A stretch of DNA of 64,000 nt from Styela clava (lineage: Eukaryota): the NCBI RefSeq assembly GCF_964204865.1, contig NC_135252.1, positions 11,842,001-11,906,000 of the forward strand, read 5' to 3'. Each line of letters starts with the position of its first letter. The stretch's first letter is position 1. Below the pieces are notes generated by a model that had not been told where the DNA came from, did not search any database, and saw nothing but the letters and a program-made list of their open reading frames with translations. The translations under genes and the position numbers were made by a program. Positions 13,001-23,919 of the stretch are shown here, in pieces.

Positions 13001-16000
13001 TCAAATAAGATATTTTGTACAAGCAACACTAACATTCTCTCTTCAGTTTTTGATTTTGTAAAGTCCACCAAGAGAGGACTAAACGCATATAAAAAGTTTG
13101 ATTTAAATTGTTGAAAGCGCTATATACTTCCATACTACACACACACACACACACGATGTGTGTTACAATAAAATAAGGTGCTGAACATTGAAAACACAGA
13201 TCAATTAAGTGCATTCATGGAAAATGTTTAGATCGAAAGAAATATATTGAACAATACCAAACATGGAAATTGTCGGCGACGAGAAATACTTACATTCGTT
13301 TTTCAATACACATGTACTATTCTTGTCGCTTTTCCTGATGTATCCTTCAGCACATACGCATGGATCGGAAACACATTGCAGTGTACAAATTTCGGGCATT
13401 GGTTTATCACATGTTGGTTGACATGCACTTGCGCAATCAGAAAATTCAGTTGGAAATGTGCACATTTTTGCAGTATCTAGAAAATTTAGAGTTTGGATAA
13501 AATTACATTCTATTAATTTATTTAAGCAGGATTCGCGACAAGCGTGGTAAATATTGATTATATCGTATTGAACGAGAAAAATATTTCGTCTGGTGGGGCG
13601 ATATTGATAAAAGAATGGGAAAATGTAATGCAGCGTTGACCTATATATATTTGCTTGCACAAGAATAGCATAATCGCATGCACTGCAAATGCATATCCAA
13701 AAGTTTATTCAGGACGAAGCCAGAAATCAATATTTATATCTGTAATATATTTTTTGCCGTTTTTCAGTTTTCATTTTCTCGCAACCAATATAAAACAATA
13801 TTCATTGCAAGACAAGTTGCTGCATATGGCATGATTAAGATGCCCGTAGTACTGTGTTTCCCCGAAAATAGGACCTAACCCGAAAATAGGACCAAGCCTG
13901 AATTTTAAAAATGATTTTAATATAAGCCATCTCCTTGCAAAATAAAAATAAGACCTATTCGATAGCGCGAACTTTTTTGATTTAGTCGATATGAATCTAG
14001 TGACTTGTAAGACATTTCAGAGGATGATAATACGGTCATTTTTGAATAATCTATGTTTAGCATTTTTTTTTTAAATAAGAACGTGTTATTTATAAGTAAT
14101 TAGATATCGGTTTCATATTTATATATTTAAAAATCTCGTAATTCTGTACTTTGTAATTTTGTTTTTATTAAATTAAAATAAAAGACATTCCCCAAAAATA
14201 GGCCCCAGTGTTATTTTTCGAAATAAAACAAGAGCGATTTATATACGGATTCAATGCTAAAGGCGACTACTGCCGCCAATTGAAGTATATTCTCTGTTTT
14301 CATATTAACACATTGGTTTTCGCAAATTTAGACGACGATTTACCTTTTTTTAAATTGTGTTAGGCCTATGGAGACTCGTGAACTATGTTTTATGATTTTA
14401 TCGTCTTATTCACTCAAAGCGTATCTCGGACATCTCGAAAAATCAATGCTGTTAATATCATATGATTTTAAAGTAGGTATTTTCTTTTTTACATTTGTAT
14501 TGTGTTACAATCGTGCGCGACTGCCGAAATGGCGATACAAAGGGTATTTCATTAAAATAAGTTCTTATATAGTAAATTAAACAAATTTTGTTTACGTACC
14601 GTCGGCAATATGACTTGCCGTTGGTTCTGCTGTCAAATTAGTTGTTGGGGGAGTAAAAGAAGATGGTCCTGTTTTCATTTCAGTGGTTGGGAATGTAGAA
14701 AGAGTTGGTCCTGTTGTCATTTCAGTGGTTGGGAATGTAGAAAGAGTTGGTCCTGTTGTCGTTTCAGTGGTTGGGAATGTAGAAAGAGTTGGTCCTGTTG
14801 TCGTTTTAGTGGTTGGGAATGTAGAAAGAGTTGGTCCTGTTGTCATTTCAGTGGTTGGGAATGTAGAAAGAGTTGGTTCTGTTGTCATTTCGGTGGTTGG
14901 GGATGTAGAAAGAGTTGGTTCTGTTGTCATTTCAGTGGTTGGGAAGGTAGAAAGAGTTGGTTCTGTTGTCATTTCGGTGGTTGGGAATGTAGAAAGAGTT
15001 GGTCCTATTGTCATTTCAGTGGTTGGGAATGTAGATAAAGTTGGTCTTGTTGTCGTTTCAGTAGTTGGAAATGTAGAAAAAGTCGATTCCGTAGGTTCGA
15101 GTGGAGAGGGGGTTGGTGCTTCTGTCGGTTCCGTAGGTTCGATTGAAGACGGGGTTTGTGCTTCTGTCGATTCCGTAGGTTCGAGTGGAGGAAGGGTTGC
15201 TGCTTCTGTCGATTCCGTAGGTTCGAGTGGAAGAGGGGTCGGTGCTTCTGTCGATTCCGTGGATTCGACTGGAGGAGGGGTTGGTGCTTCTGTCGATCCC
15301 GTAGGTTCGAGTGGAGGAGGGGTTGATGCTTCGGTCGATTCCGTAGATTCGAGTGGGGGAGAGATTGTTGCTTCTGTCGATTCCGTAGGTACGAGTGGAG
15401 GAGGGGTTGGTGCTTCTGTCGATTCCGTAGGTTCGAGTGGAGGAGGGGTTGTTGCTTTTGTCGATTCCGTAGATTCAAGTTGAGGAGACGTTGGTGCTTG
15501 TGTCGATTCCGTAGATTCGAGTGGAGGAAACGTTGGTGTTTGTGTCGATTCCGTAGATTCGAGTGGAGGCGGGGTTGGTGCTTCTGTCGATTCCGTAGGT
15601 TCGAGTGGAGGAGTGGTTGGTGCTTCTGTCAAATCCGTAGATTCGATTGGGCGAGGTGTTGTTGCTTCGCTCGATTCCGTAGGTTCGAGTGCAGGAGGGG
15701 TTGATGCTTCGGTCAATTCCGTAGATTCGATTGGGGGAGGGGTTGGTGCTTCGGTCAATTCCGTAGGTTCGATTGGAGGAGGTGTTGTTGCTTCGGTCAA
15801 TTCCGTGGATTCCATTGGGGGAGGGGTTGATGCTTCGGTCAATTCCGTAGATTCGATTGGAGGAGGGGTTGATGCTTCGGTCAATTCCGTAGATTCGATT
15901 GGGGGAGGTGTTGTTGCTTCGGTCGATTCCGTAGGTTCGAGTGGAGGAGGGGTTGATGCTTCTGTCGATTCCGTAGGTTCGAGTGGAGGAGGGGTTGATG

Positions 16001-18265
16001 CTTCTGTCGATTCCGTAGGTTCGAGTGGAGGAGGTGTTGTTGCTTCGGTCAATTCCGTAGATTCGATTGGGGGAGGGGTTGGTGCTTTGGTCAATTCCGT
16101 AGGTTCGATTGGAGGAGGTGTTGTTGCTTCGGTCAATTCCGTAGATTCGATTGGGGGAGGGGTTGATGCTTCGGTCAATTCCGTAGATTCGATTGGAGGA
16201 GGGCTTGATGCTTCGGTCAATTCCGTAGATTCGATTGGGGGAGGTGTTGTTGCTTCGGTCGATTCCGTAGGTTCGAGTAGAGGAAGGGTTGATGCTTCGG
16301 TCAATTCCGTAGATCCGATTGGGGGAGGGGTTGTTGCTTCTGTCGATTCCGTAGGTTCGAGTGGAGGAGGGGTTGGTGCTTCGGTCAATTCCGTAGATTC
16401 GATTGGGGGAGGGGTTGATGCTTCGGTCAATTCTGTAGATTCGATTGGAGGAGGGCTTGATGCTTCGGTCAATTCCGTAGATTCGATTGGGGGAGGTGTT
16501 GTTGCTTCGGTCGATTCCGTAGGTTCGAGTAGAGGAGGGGTTGATGCTTCGGTCAATTCCGTAGATTCGATTGGCGGAAGGGTTGGTGCTTCTGTCGATT
16601 CCGTAGGTTCGAGTGGAGGAGGGGTTGGTGCTTCCGTCGATTCCGTAGGTTCGAGTGGAGGAGACGTTGGTGCTTGTGTCGATTCCGTAGATTCGAGTGG
16701 AGGAGGGGCTGGTGCTTCTGTCGATCTCGTGGGTTCGAGTGGAGGAGGAGTTGATGCTTTGGTCGATTCCGTAGATTCGAGTGGAGGAGGGGTTGTTGCT
16801 TCTGTCGATTCCGTAGGTTCGAGTGGAGGAGGGGTTGGTGCTTCTGTCGATTCCGTAGATTCGAGTGGAGGAGGGGTTGTTGCTTCCGTCGATTCCGTAG
16901 GTTCGAGTGGAGGAGTCGTTGGTGCTTGTGTTGATTCCGTAGATTCGAGTGAAGGAAGGGTTGGTGCTTCTGTCGATTCCGTAGGTTCGAGTGGAGAAGG
17001 GGTTGGTGCTTCTGTCGATCCCGTAGATTCAATTGGAGAAGGGGTTGGTGCTTCTGTCGATTCCGTAGGTTCGAGTGGAGGAGAGGTTGGTGCTTCTGTC
17101 GATTCCGTAGGTTTGAGTGGAGGAGTGGTTGGTGCTTCTGTCGATTCCATAGGTTCGAGTGGAGGAGGAGTTGGTGCTTCTGTCGATTCCGTAGGTTCGA
17201 GTGGAGGAGGGGTTGGTGCTTCTGTCGATTTCGTAGGTTCGAGTGGAGGAGTGGTTGGTGCTTCTGTCGAATCCATAGGTTCGAGTGGAGAAGAGGTTGG
17301 TGCTTCTGTCGATTCCGTAGGTTCGAGTGGAGAAGGGGTTGGTGCTTCTGTCAATTTCGTAGATTCGAGGGGAGGAGGGATAAGTGCTTCTGTCAATCCC
17401 GTGGGTTCGAGTGGAGGAGGGCTTGGTGCTTCTGTCGATTCCGTAGATTCCAGTGATGGAGGGGTTGGTGCTTCTGTCGATTCGAAAACTTAGGTTAAGT
17501 ATGAACAAAGTAAACACTAGCAATGATTTGTTATTTGTCAATAATTTTTCGTAAATCCGTGATTGTTTGTTTCTCGTGGTAATAATATTTATTTGTATAT
17601 ACGTCTGTTGCTGATATAACATAATATATATATATATATATGTCAAAACTGCAGCCCTGCTGTCCTGCCTCAAACAACTGATGTTTCTGTACCCCCGAAG
17701 TATGTGAACCAAGATGGCAGACACCGGAACGTAGTATGTGTACCAGGTTAGGGTTAGGCCACAATTGTTTTACAATTTTCCTTATTTTAGTTCTATTATG
17801 AGTTTCGAGGACTAATGAAGTGACTCTCGTAGTATTTTTACCTGGAATTATGGTCTAACCCCAGCTTGGTACACATACTACGTTCCAATGTCCGTCATCT
17901 TGTTTCAAATACTTCGGGAGTACCAAAACATCAGTGGTTTGAGGCAGGATAGCAGGGCGGCAAAACTATCTGGAATTGTTTTCGCTCCATTTGAAATTGT
18001 AGGCCTAGCCTACTGTATTTTGCTTTTCTGGAAACCTACCGTGAAAATATCCAGTTACGACTAGGTAGAAAGCAGATTTTTAAACGTTTTGTTTCTTGTA
18101 CATGATTATTATTCGATTTTTTCATTGCTGACTTTTCTCGATCTTATATCTTATATCTTATGTATATCTCGTCAATAATTCATTTTGAAAAATAAACTTA
18201 CCACTCAATCCAATTACATCAACATGAAGTTGTAAAAAAAGTGTCAATATGAAGATAAACAGCAT
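10014..18265 (-). CDS. Secreted mucin-like protein (~1246 aa): signal peptide, PTS repeat domain, 2 TIL domains, Cys/Trp-rich and antistasin-like C-terminus
   Basis: Exons 18265-18202 (MLFIFILTLFLQLHVDVIGLS), 17488-14600 (repeats), 13476-13294 (TIL1, EICTLQC), 12870-12685 (TIL2), 11161-11026, 10951-10779 (CPHLEITC..C..DVLGCNSCIC), 10123-10014. All GT-AG and in frame (3741 nt). Confidence 0.85.
11210..11671. mobile_element. hAT (Charlie-like) MITE in mucin intron
   Basis: TIRs CAGTGGTTCCCAAAC...GTTTGGGAACCACTG; perfect 8-bp TSD CTCTAGAG at 11202-11209 and 11672-11679 (NTCTAGAN is the Charlie-type target). Confidence 0.93.
13850..14250. mobile_element. Tc1/mariner (Tc2/pogo-like) MITE, decayed right end
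   Basis: Left end ta-ctgtgtttccccgaaaataggacc; homologous throughout to the copy at 40173-40502. Confidence 0.7.
14662..15082 (-). repeat. Second 42-bp coding minisatellite, ~10 copies (TFPTTEMTTGPTLS)
   Basis: Repeats of gggaatgtagaaagagttggtcctgttgtcatttcagtggtt directly abutting the first array. Confidence 0.96.
15083..17488 (-). repeat. 42-bp coding minisatellite, ~57 copies (PPPLEPTESTEAPT-like)
   Basis: Direct 42-nt periodicity, e.g. gattccgtaggttcgagtggaggaggggttggtgcttctgtc. Confidence 0.97.
17651..17961. mobile_element. Foldback MITE containing the CCCGAAGTAT/CAAGATGG family core
   Basis: ~110-bp inverted arms (gcagccctgctgtcctgcctcaaac... / ...gtttgaggcaggatagcagggcggc) flanked by direct repeat AAAACT; the core is homologous to 30165-30400. 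Confidence 0.8.
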
Positions 18266-18931
18266 TTTAACTTCACAAATATGTTACAATAATAACTGCA
18301 TTGATTAGAAATTGGCAAATTCAATCAGTAATTTCAACGTAATCCAATTTTAAACAATATTCTGCATCAGGGTAGTGAGTCGAGTCGGAAAACGTTCGAC
18401 TTTTCTTGAAATTTTAAAACATTTTTCAAGTCTCAAATCTTAAATAACTGAGTTTACAAGTTATCAAAAATGATTACCCGTGTTATTTGATTGTGTTTTT
18501 TTATTCAGTTTTGAGGCCTACTCTAAAATTGAAAGCAATTGGATTATAAATTTTGGCCTGATTCTATCTCAAATAAGTGAGCGTGCTTACGACACCCTCA
18601 TATATTTTATTACTCATAGTTTAATCCTACTCATTCTTAATTTATATGATTGGGACTAGAAATACGCATACGGATGATAAATTGTTATCGTTCTTTCTGT
18701 TGCAGTTTTTTAATGATTCACTTCTCGGATCTTAAAAAATAAAAATTTATCTCAAGAATTCTCTTTGTCACATGCTCATAGTTTTGCCAAGAACGACTAT
18801 TTCAAATCGCGCAAATATCCTTGTACGTCGTTTTGACTTCCTAAATATTAACAACTATATTAATAATTACACATTACTTCTCAAACTCAGTCTAAAATAT
18901 TCTAGTCAATATTTATCAAATACAACAAAAT

Positions 18932-19227
18932 ATTCAAAAACACGAGTCCGTGTATATGTAATAACCAAGTGAAACAAGTAGGCTACATATCAAAAACCAT
19001 ATCACGAAAAACACAAAAAATTGTGGTAATACTGTGTAATGAACTGTTACATTTATATAATTATATCAAACGATGATCATTCAAAAACACGAGTCCGTGT
19101 ATATGTAATAACCAAGTGAAACAAGTAGGCTACATATCAAAAACTATACCACGAAAAACACAAAAAATTGTGGTAATACTGTGTAATGAACTGTTACATT
19201 TATATAATTATATCAAACGATGATCAT
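18932..19227. repeat. 147-bp tandem duplication upstream of the mucin gene
   Basis: attcaaaaacacgagtccgtg...aaacgatgatc occurs at 18932 and 19079, nearly identical. Confidence 0.95.
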
Positions 19228-19577
19228 GTATGTAGCGTGCAAGCACTATTTGAAAATGTTAAACTAGTCTACATGAAATAACTGCAAAAAAGAATTTGAA
19301 ATTAATATATGCTTTCTTCATGACGCACTATTGTTTCATTATATGATACGTGGTAAGTTGGCGCCGCAAACATGATAACAAATAAAACTAATTTTGACAT
19401 AGAGCAACAGGATTCAAAAATATATATTAAACGTCAACCTATCTGATCAAATGACAAAGAAATATGGAATGATTGGAAAATTTCTTTAAAAAGACCGTTA
19501 GAGTTCAAGTAGGACCGGCAAAATATAAGTTGGCTGATGCTTCTCTGTATCAATCTTTCTAATATGACACCCGGTTG

Positions 19578-19913
19578 GGTAATTACTTATCGATTTTAAT
19601 CGGTAATTACTTATCGATTTTAATCGGTAAGTATGTTGATAGGTATTTGTCTGTCTGTATGTATGTCTGTATGTCTGTTAGATGCACGCGATATCTCAAG
19701 AAAGCGAGATTGAATCTGCTCCAAATTTTGCATGTGCATTCATCTTATCTCGGACCAGAAGCCTATTGATTTTAGGCGAATTATGTCGTATAACTAGCGA
19801 GTAATTAATTAGTGATGGGACACAAGGTGTCACTATGGAGTAAAAGCGCTGTTTTGGGGGATCCCCTAACTTTCGATCGATAAGTCTTCGGTTTCTGACC
19901 GATATTCTCGTTT
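19578..19913 (+). mobile_element. Helentron-associated (DINE-1/HINE-like) non-autonomous element
   Basis: Subterminal inverted repeat ACTTATCGA (duplicated 24-bp 5' unit) / TCGATAAGT, internal (TGTC/TGTA)n microsatellite, 3' hairpin TCGGTTTCTGACCGA, ends at TT. Confidence 0.7.
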
Positions 19914-20978
19914 ACCTGTTGTTGCATTTGTATGGACCAACGTTGGGTCGACCATAGTTTTATCGTGCCAGGCACTTGGAGCATATATGTCATCACACAG
20001 CTCAGTTTTCATTTCGTCTTTAAGATGTTTCGTGATTGGGTTGGTAACGTGCTATACATATACAGCCCCAAATGATGCATATACAGCCAACTCAAATACA
20101 TATACAGCTGTATGAATGGCTGTATATTAATATGACATTGAATATGTATGTACATAACTTGAATGGCTGAAGCTTATATGTATCATGCGTTGGTTATATA
20201 TATGTAAATCGCTTGAGTGGCTGTATATGTACATTGATGTTACGGCATATGCATATGACAATTGCTGGATATGAATTTCTTTTTCATTCCGACTGCGTGC
20301 TCATATGTATGATATATACAACATTAAATAATATAGTTGCCGCATTTTACGAATGCATAACGGATTGGGTTATTGATAATCAAAGTTAATTAGCTTGGTG
20401 GTCTAACAAGTATATCTGAGTCAATCATTTTTTGTGCCATTCTTATCTCAAATTTTCCATCTATTTACTCCCTGAGTTACTTCTCATTTGTTTGGCATTT
20501 GTATTTTTTTTTTGGTACCGTCAAACAGGCACTCAATTAGTTTTCAGCTGATATGAATCCAAAATAAAATCAATTAAATTAACTGACGTCTTCTCGAACT
20601 CCTTGATATTACTCGTTGTGCCACTAATGTAAAGTAAAAACAAAACATCACAAAAAGGTTGATCGAAAGCAGAAGAGAATGTTAATATTTTACAATGTAA
20701 TTCAGTTTCCTGACTCTTTCGTTTACAATGTAGCTACACACTTAACTTGAAGCTGAGATTGAAGCTAGATGTGGACTATCTTATTTCTCTACTGGAGCTA
20801 AATTTGAGGCACTGCATAAACATCTCCTTTTAAACACAATCTTGTTATTAAACTACGACTGTCCGGGTTGCAACAAATTTAATGGTTTATTGAAGCAGGA
20901 TATATATATTCAAGAAGTTGGAAGCCAGCAATAGTACAGATCTATAGGGTGCTGCTTGCATATATCGGAAAAACGGAA

Positions 20979-23919
20979 TTACGTAAAAATCAAATAAAAC
21001 AGAATCTGTACAGACAAATAAAATGCAATAGAACTTTGTATGGATATTCTGTTAGCTGCACACTTCACATCAGTGTCACAACAACCAATCTTGCAGTCAC
21101 TGATAATAAAGAATTAAATGCTTATAAAATAGAATATAGACTATAGAGAATTGTCATGCAAATCCTCATGTTCTCTCGTGGAACATTTTTTATTATTTTA
21201 TAGTTATTTAATTATACGAATAATTGACTATTTTAAATCAAATTCCTTACAGATAATCTATAACATTGTCACATACATAAAGCCAATGGCATGGATCTTT
21301 TCTTTGTCGTAACACCAATATTGTAATAGCGCCATAAAATAACAAAATGTTTTTATTAATTGTTTTCTGTATCAGACAAAATTACAGTATTTTCTACACC
21401 AATATCCTATCGACTGATTTTAAAATAAAATCCAAAATGCTGCCACGGAACTTCTAATTATGACGTGACAAAAATGGAGAAAACAAATACAAATTCATTT
21501 CTTGTTTGAATATTGTTATCATGGTCGAAACAAAATTATGATTAAGTCAAGCTTTTTTACAGTGTCAAACAAAAGATGGATTCTATGTATTGGAAGGAAC
21601 ACTTATTTAAAGTCATCTAGTATCTTATATGAAATATGTAAATAACAAACAAAAATTTCTAAATTCATTATAAAATTATTCTCAATTTGAAGAAGATCAA
21701 CATCTATTTTTGACCCGACTAATTTCTTCACAGTGGGATTGTATGATTCGCAAGTTGATTCCGTGCAGTTTATTCTGCTTTTGCATTCCCCAATGATGGC
21801 ATCTCCAGTGACTGTCACTAAATAATTTATAATGATATTACATAATGTTATACAGTATATCTGGCTACAAATATTCTATCCAAAAGTTTCTACTATATAT
21901 ACCTACTTTCGCACGTAAGAATATGTGGCCTAATAGAATGAATGAAACGATATCGTGTTAGTATAATAGCATTTCACTTATGAACTACAACCATAAGTCA
22001 ACCAAAACATTACTTTTTTGCTATTCGTAAGCAAACAATTTTTAGTGAATTACAAATAATATTAAATCAATGATTGAAAATGCTCAATAGAGTGCTTTTT
22101 AGTGTTATACCCTAACGAACCCGCACGGTTACGCAACAAAGACGATGGCATTGATTCCTACTTATCACTCATCGCCATTATGCAGCCATATTGAACCATT
22201 ATTCACCAGTTTACTGCCGTGGACACTATTTTGCTTCTATAATGAATCTCCGCTCTAGAAGACCCTTATTCCCAGTCCCAGTCGTTCTGTCTGTGTATCT
22301 GTGTGTCGAAGCTGTAGCGTCTTTATTTGAAATTTCCCATATTTTTTCGCGTTTCGTCGATAATTAGGATTGCTATTTCCGTTTCTATGGCAGCGACGCA
22401 ATAACGCGTCGATCGTTAGTAAATTTTCAATTTTCTCACAAGTTTTCACCATTTTCGAAAATTCGTATTCCAAGAACGCTACCCTCCGCAGGAGAAAATA
22501 CTCTTTTTAACAAGACATTTTTTATCTCAATACTCCATAAACTGGAGAAGCCTTGGGAATTTTTATGAAAATGATTAATCGTTAGCCACAGTATGCCGCT
22601 CACTCAAGGATACCTATGAGACGCACAGCGCTCAAAACGAATTGGCAGTGTCGGTAACGCGCTCAATGTTATATAGGCTCTGTCCATCCTGGGTAGGCTT
22701 ACCATACGTCCCGCTTTAGGCGGGACAGTCCCGCCTTTTTAGTGTCTTGTCCCGCCGTCCTGACAAGTCAGCTAAATGTCCTGCTTTTGCGTTCAGCCAT
22801 CCAGCATAATACACGAACATGTTCTCGTTACTGTTGTTGCTGTGTAGCGCAACGCTAGCCTACTTACTGAAGGTGAATGCGTTATTTTGTTTGTTTCGTT
22901 GTTTCCCGCTAACATTGTTAGCGAAGTATCACATGTAAAATCAATTCTCATTGGTCCTTTCCGGACGTTCACGTGAATGTAACATTGAGCAACGTCTTTT
23001 TGAAGGTTGTTATCTACAGAAAAGCATGCTTGGGTGAATAAGTAAATTCTCAATGCTTGGGAACGGCAGACTATCTCATTATTCTTTATTCCTTTTGGCT
23101 TTTGCTGTACAAAAAAATCTAAATTCCGATCCTTTGTATCGTTAGCGTCTATTCCTTTATATTTTTCGAATCGAACCCGATATTTAGACAGAGAATATGC
23201 GCATTAACTCTCGATGACAATATGGTCAATGAAGACAGCCGGGATGGCTTTAAATGTAGGTCTGTGTAGTAAAATCGGAAACTGTAAAGTTACAGGATTA
23301 CAGCTAAGGGGTCGTGTCCTTGGAGGCGTCCCGCTTTGAAGTCAAAAAAATATGGTAACCCTAATCTTTGGTACATACCGTCTTGTTATTGCATTGTGTT
23401 TTTCACGAAACAGCACGTTGACGCCATCATGAGAACATAAATCAATTTCAATTCCATTTTAGTAATATAGCGGACATGGACTCCATTTTATTTTATATCT
23501 ATTGGTAGTGAACTTACATAGAGCATAACAAACAATCTTTTTCATACATGTTAACTTAGACACTCTTCATTGGTCTTCTACAGTCTTAGACGAGCAAATG
23601 TGCGAGTATCTTTGGGAATTCCACAATATGAATGACATTTAAGTTATCAACAACAGCGTTTGTAAACCAAATTAGATTATTTTAAAAACAAATACTCACT
23701 CAAGTTCCCTAATGGATAAGACAGAGATGCTTCTACTTGAAGACATACAGCATCCAATCCTAAAGCGGGACAGCACGTTTTCGTTGAGATTTCATCCAAG
23801 TTGAATAAACCCATAGCATCGACCCTGTACCCATGTTGACATCGTCTGGATTCCACGCTAACCACGCAATATACTAGTATGCTTGAAAGATGAAAAATTA
23901 TTCTAAATCCCATAACCAT
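20979..23919 (-). CDS. Three-finger (Ly6/uPAR-like) GPI-type protein A (~159 aa); exon-2 donor defective as assembled, possibly a pseudogene
   Basis: Exons 23919-23700, 21817-21679, 21099-20979. Signal peptide; RRCQHGY..KTCC..AVC..GECKSRINCTESTC..DCKIGCCDTDVKC; hydrophobic C-terminus (IAFYLSVQILFYLIFT*). Confidence 0.75.
22694..23363. mobile_element. hAT (Blackjack-like) non-autonomous element in intron 1 of gene A
   Basis: Ends TAGGCTTACCATA / TATGGTAACCCTA with GTCCCG subterminal motifs; imperfect 8-bp TSD atcctggg/atctttgg. Confidence 0.75.

Noticed and set aside
14662-17488. CRISPR-like array
   Set aside because: Contiguous coding tandem repeats without unique spacers, in an intron-containing eukaryotic locus with no cas genes.
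14610-17724. Long alternative ORFs (626 aa and 266 aa Val/Gly/Ser-rich on +; Cys/Trp-rich and HSNLRNRQK frames)
   Set aside because: Shadow frames of stop-free 42-bp repeats; only the PTS frame splices to a signal peptide and TIL exons.
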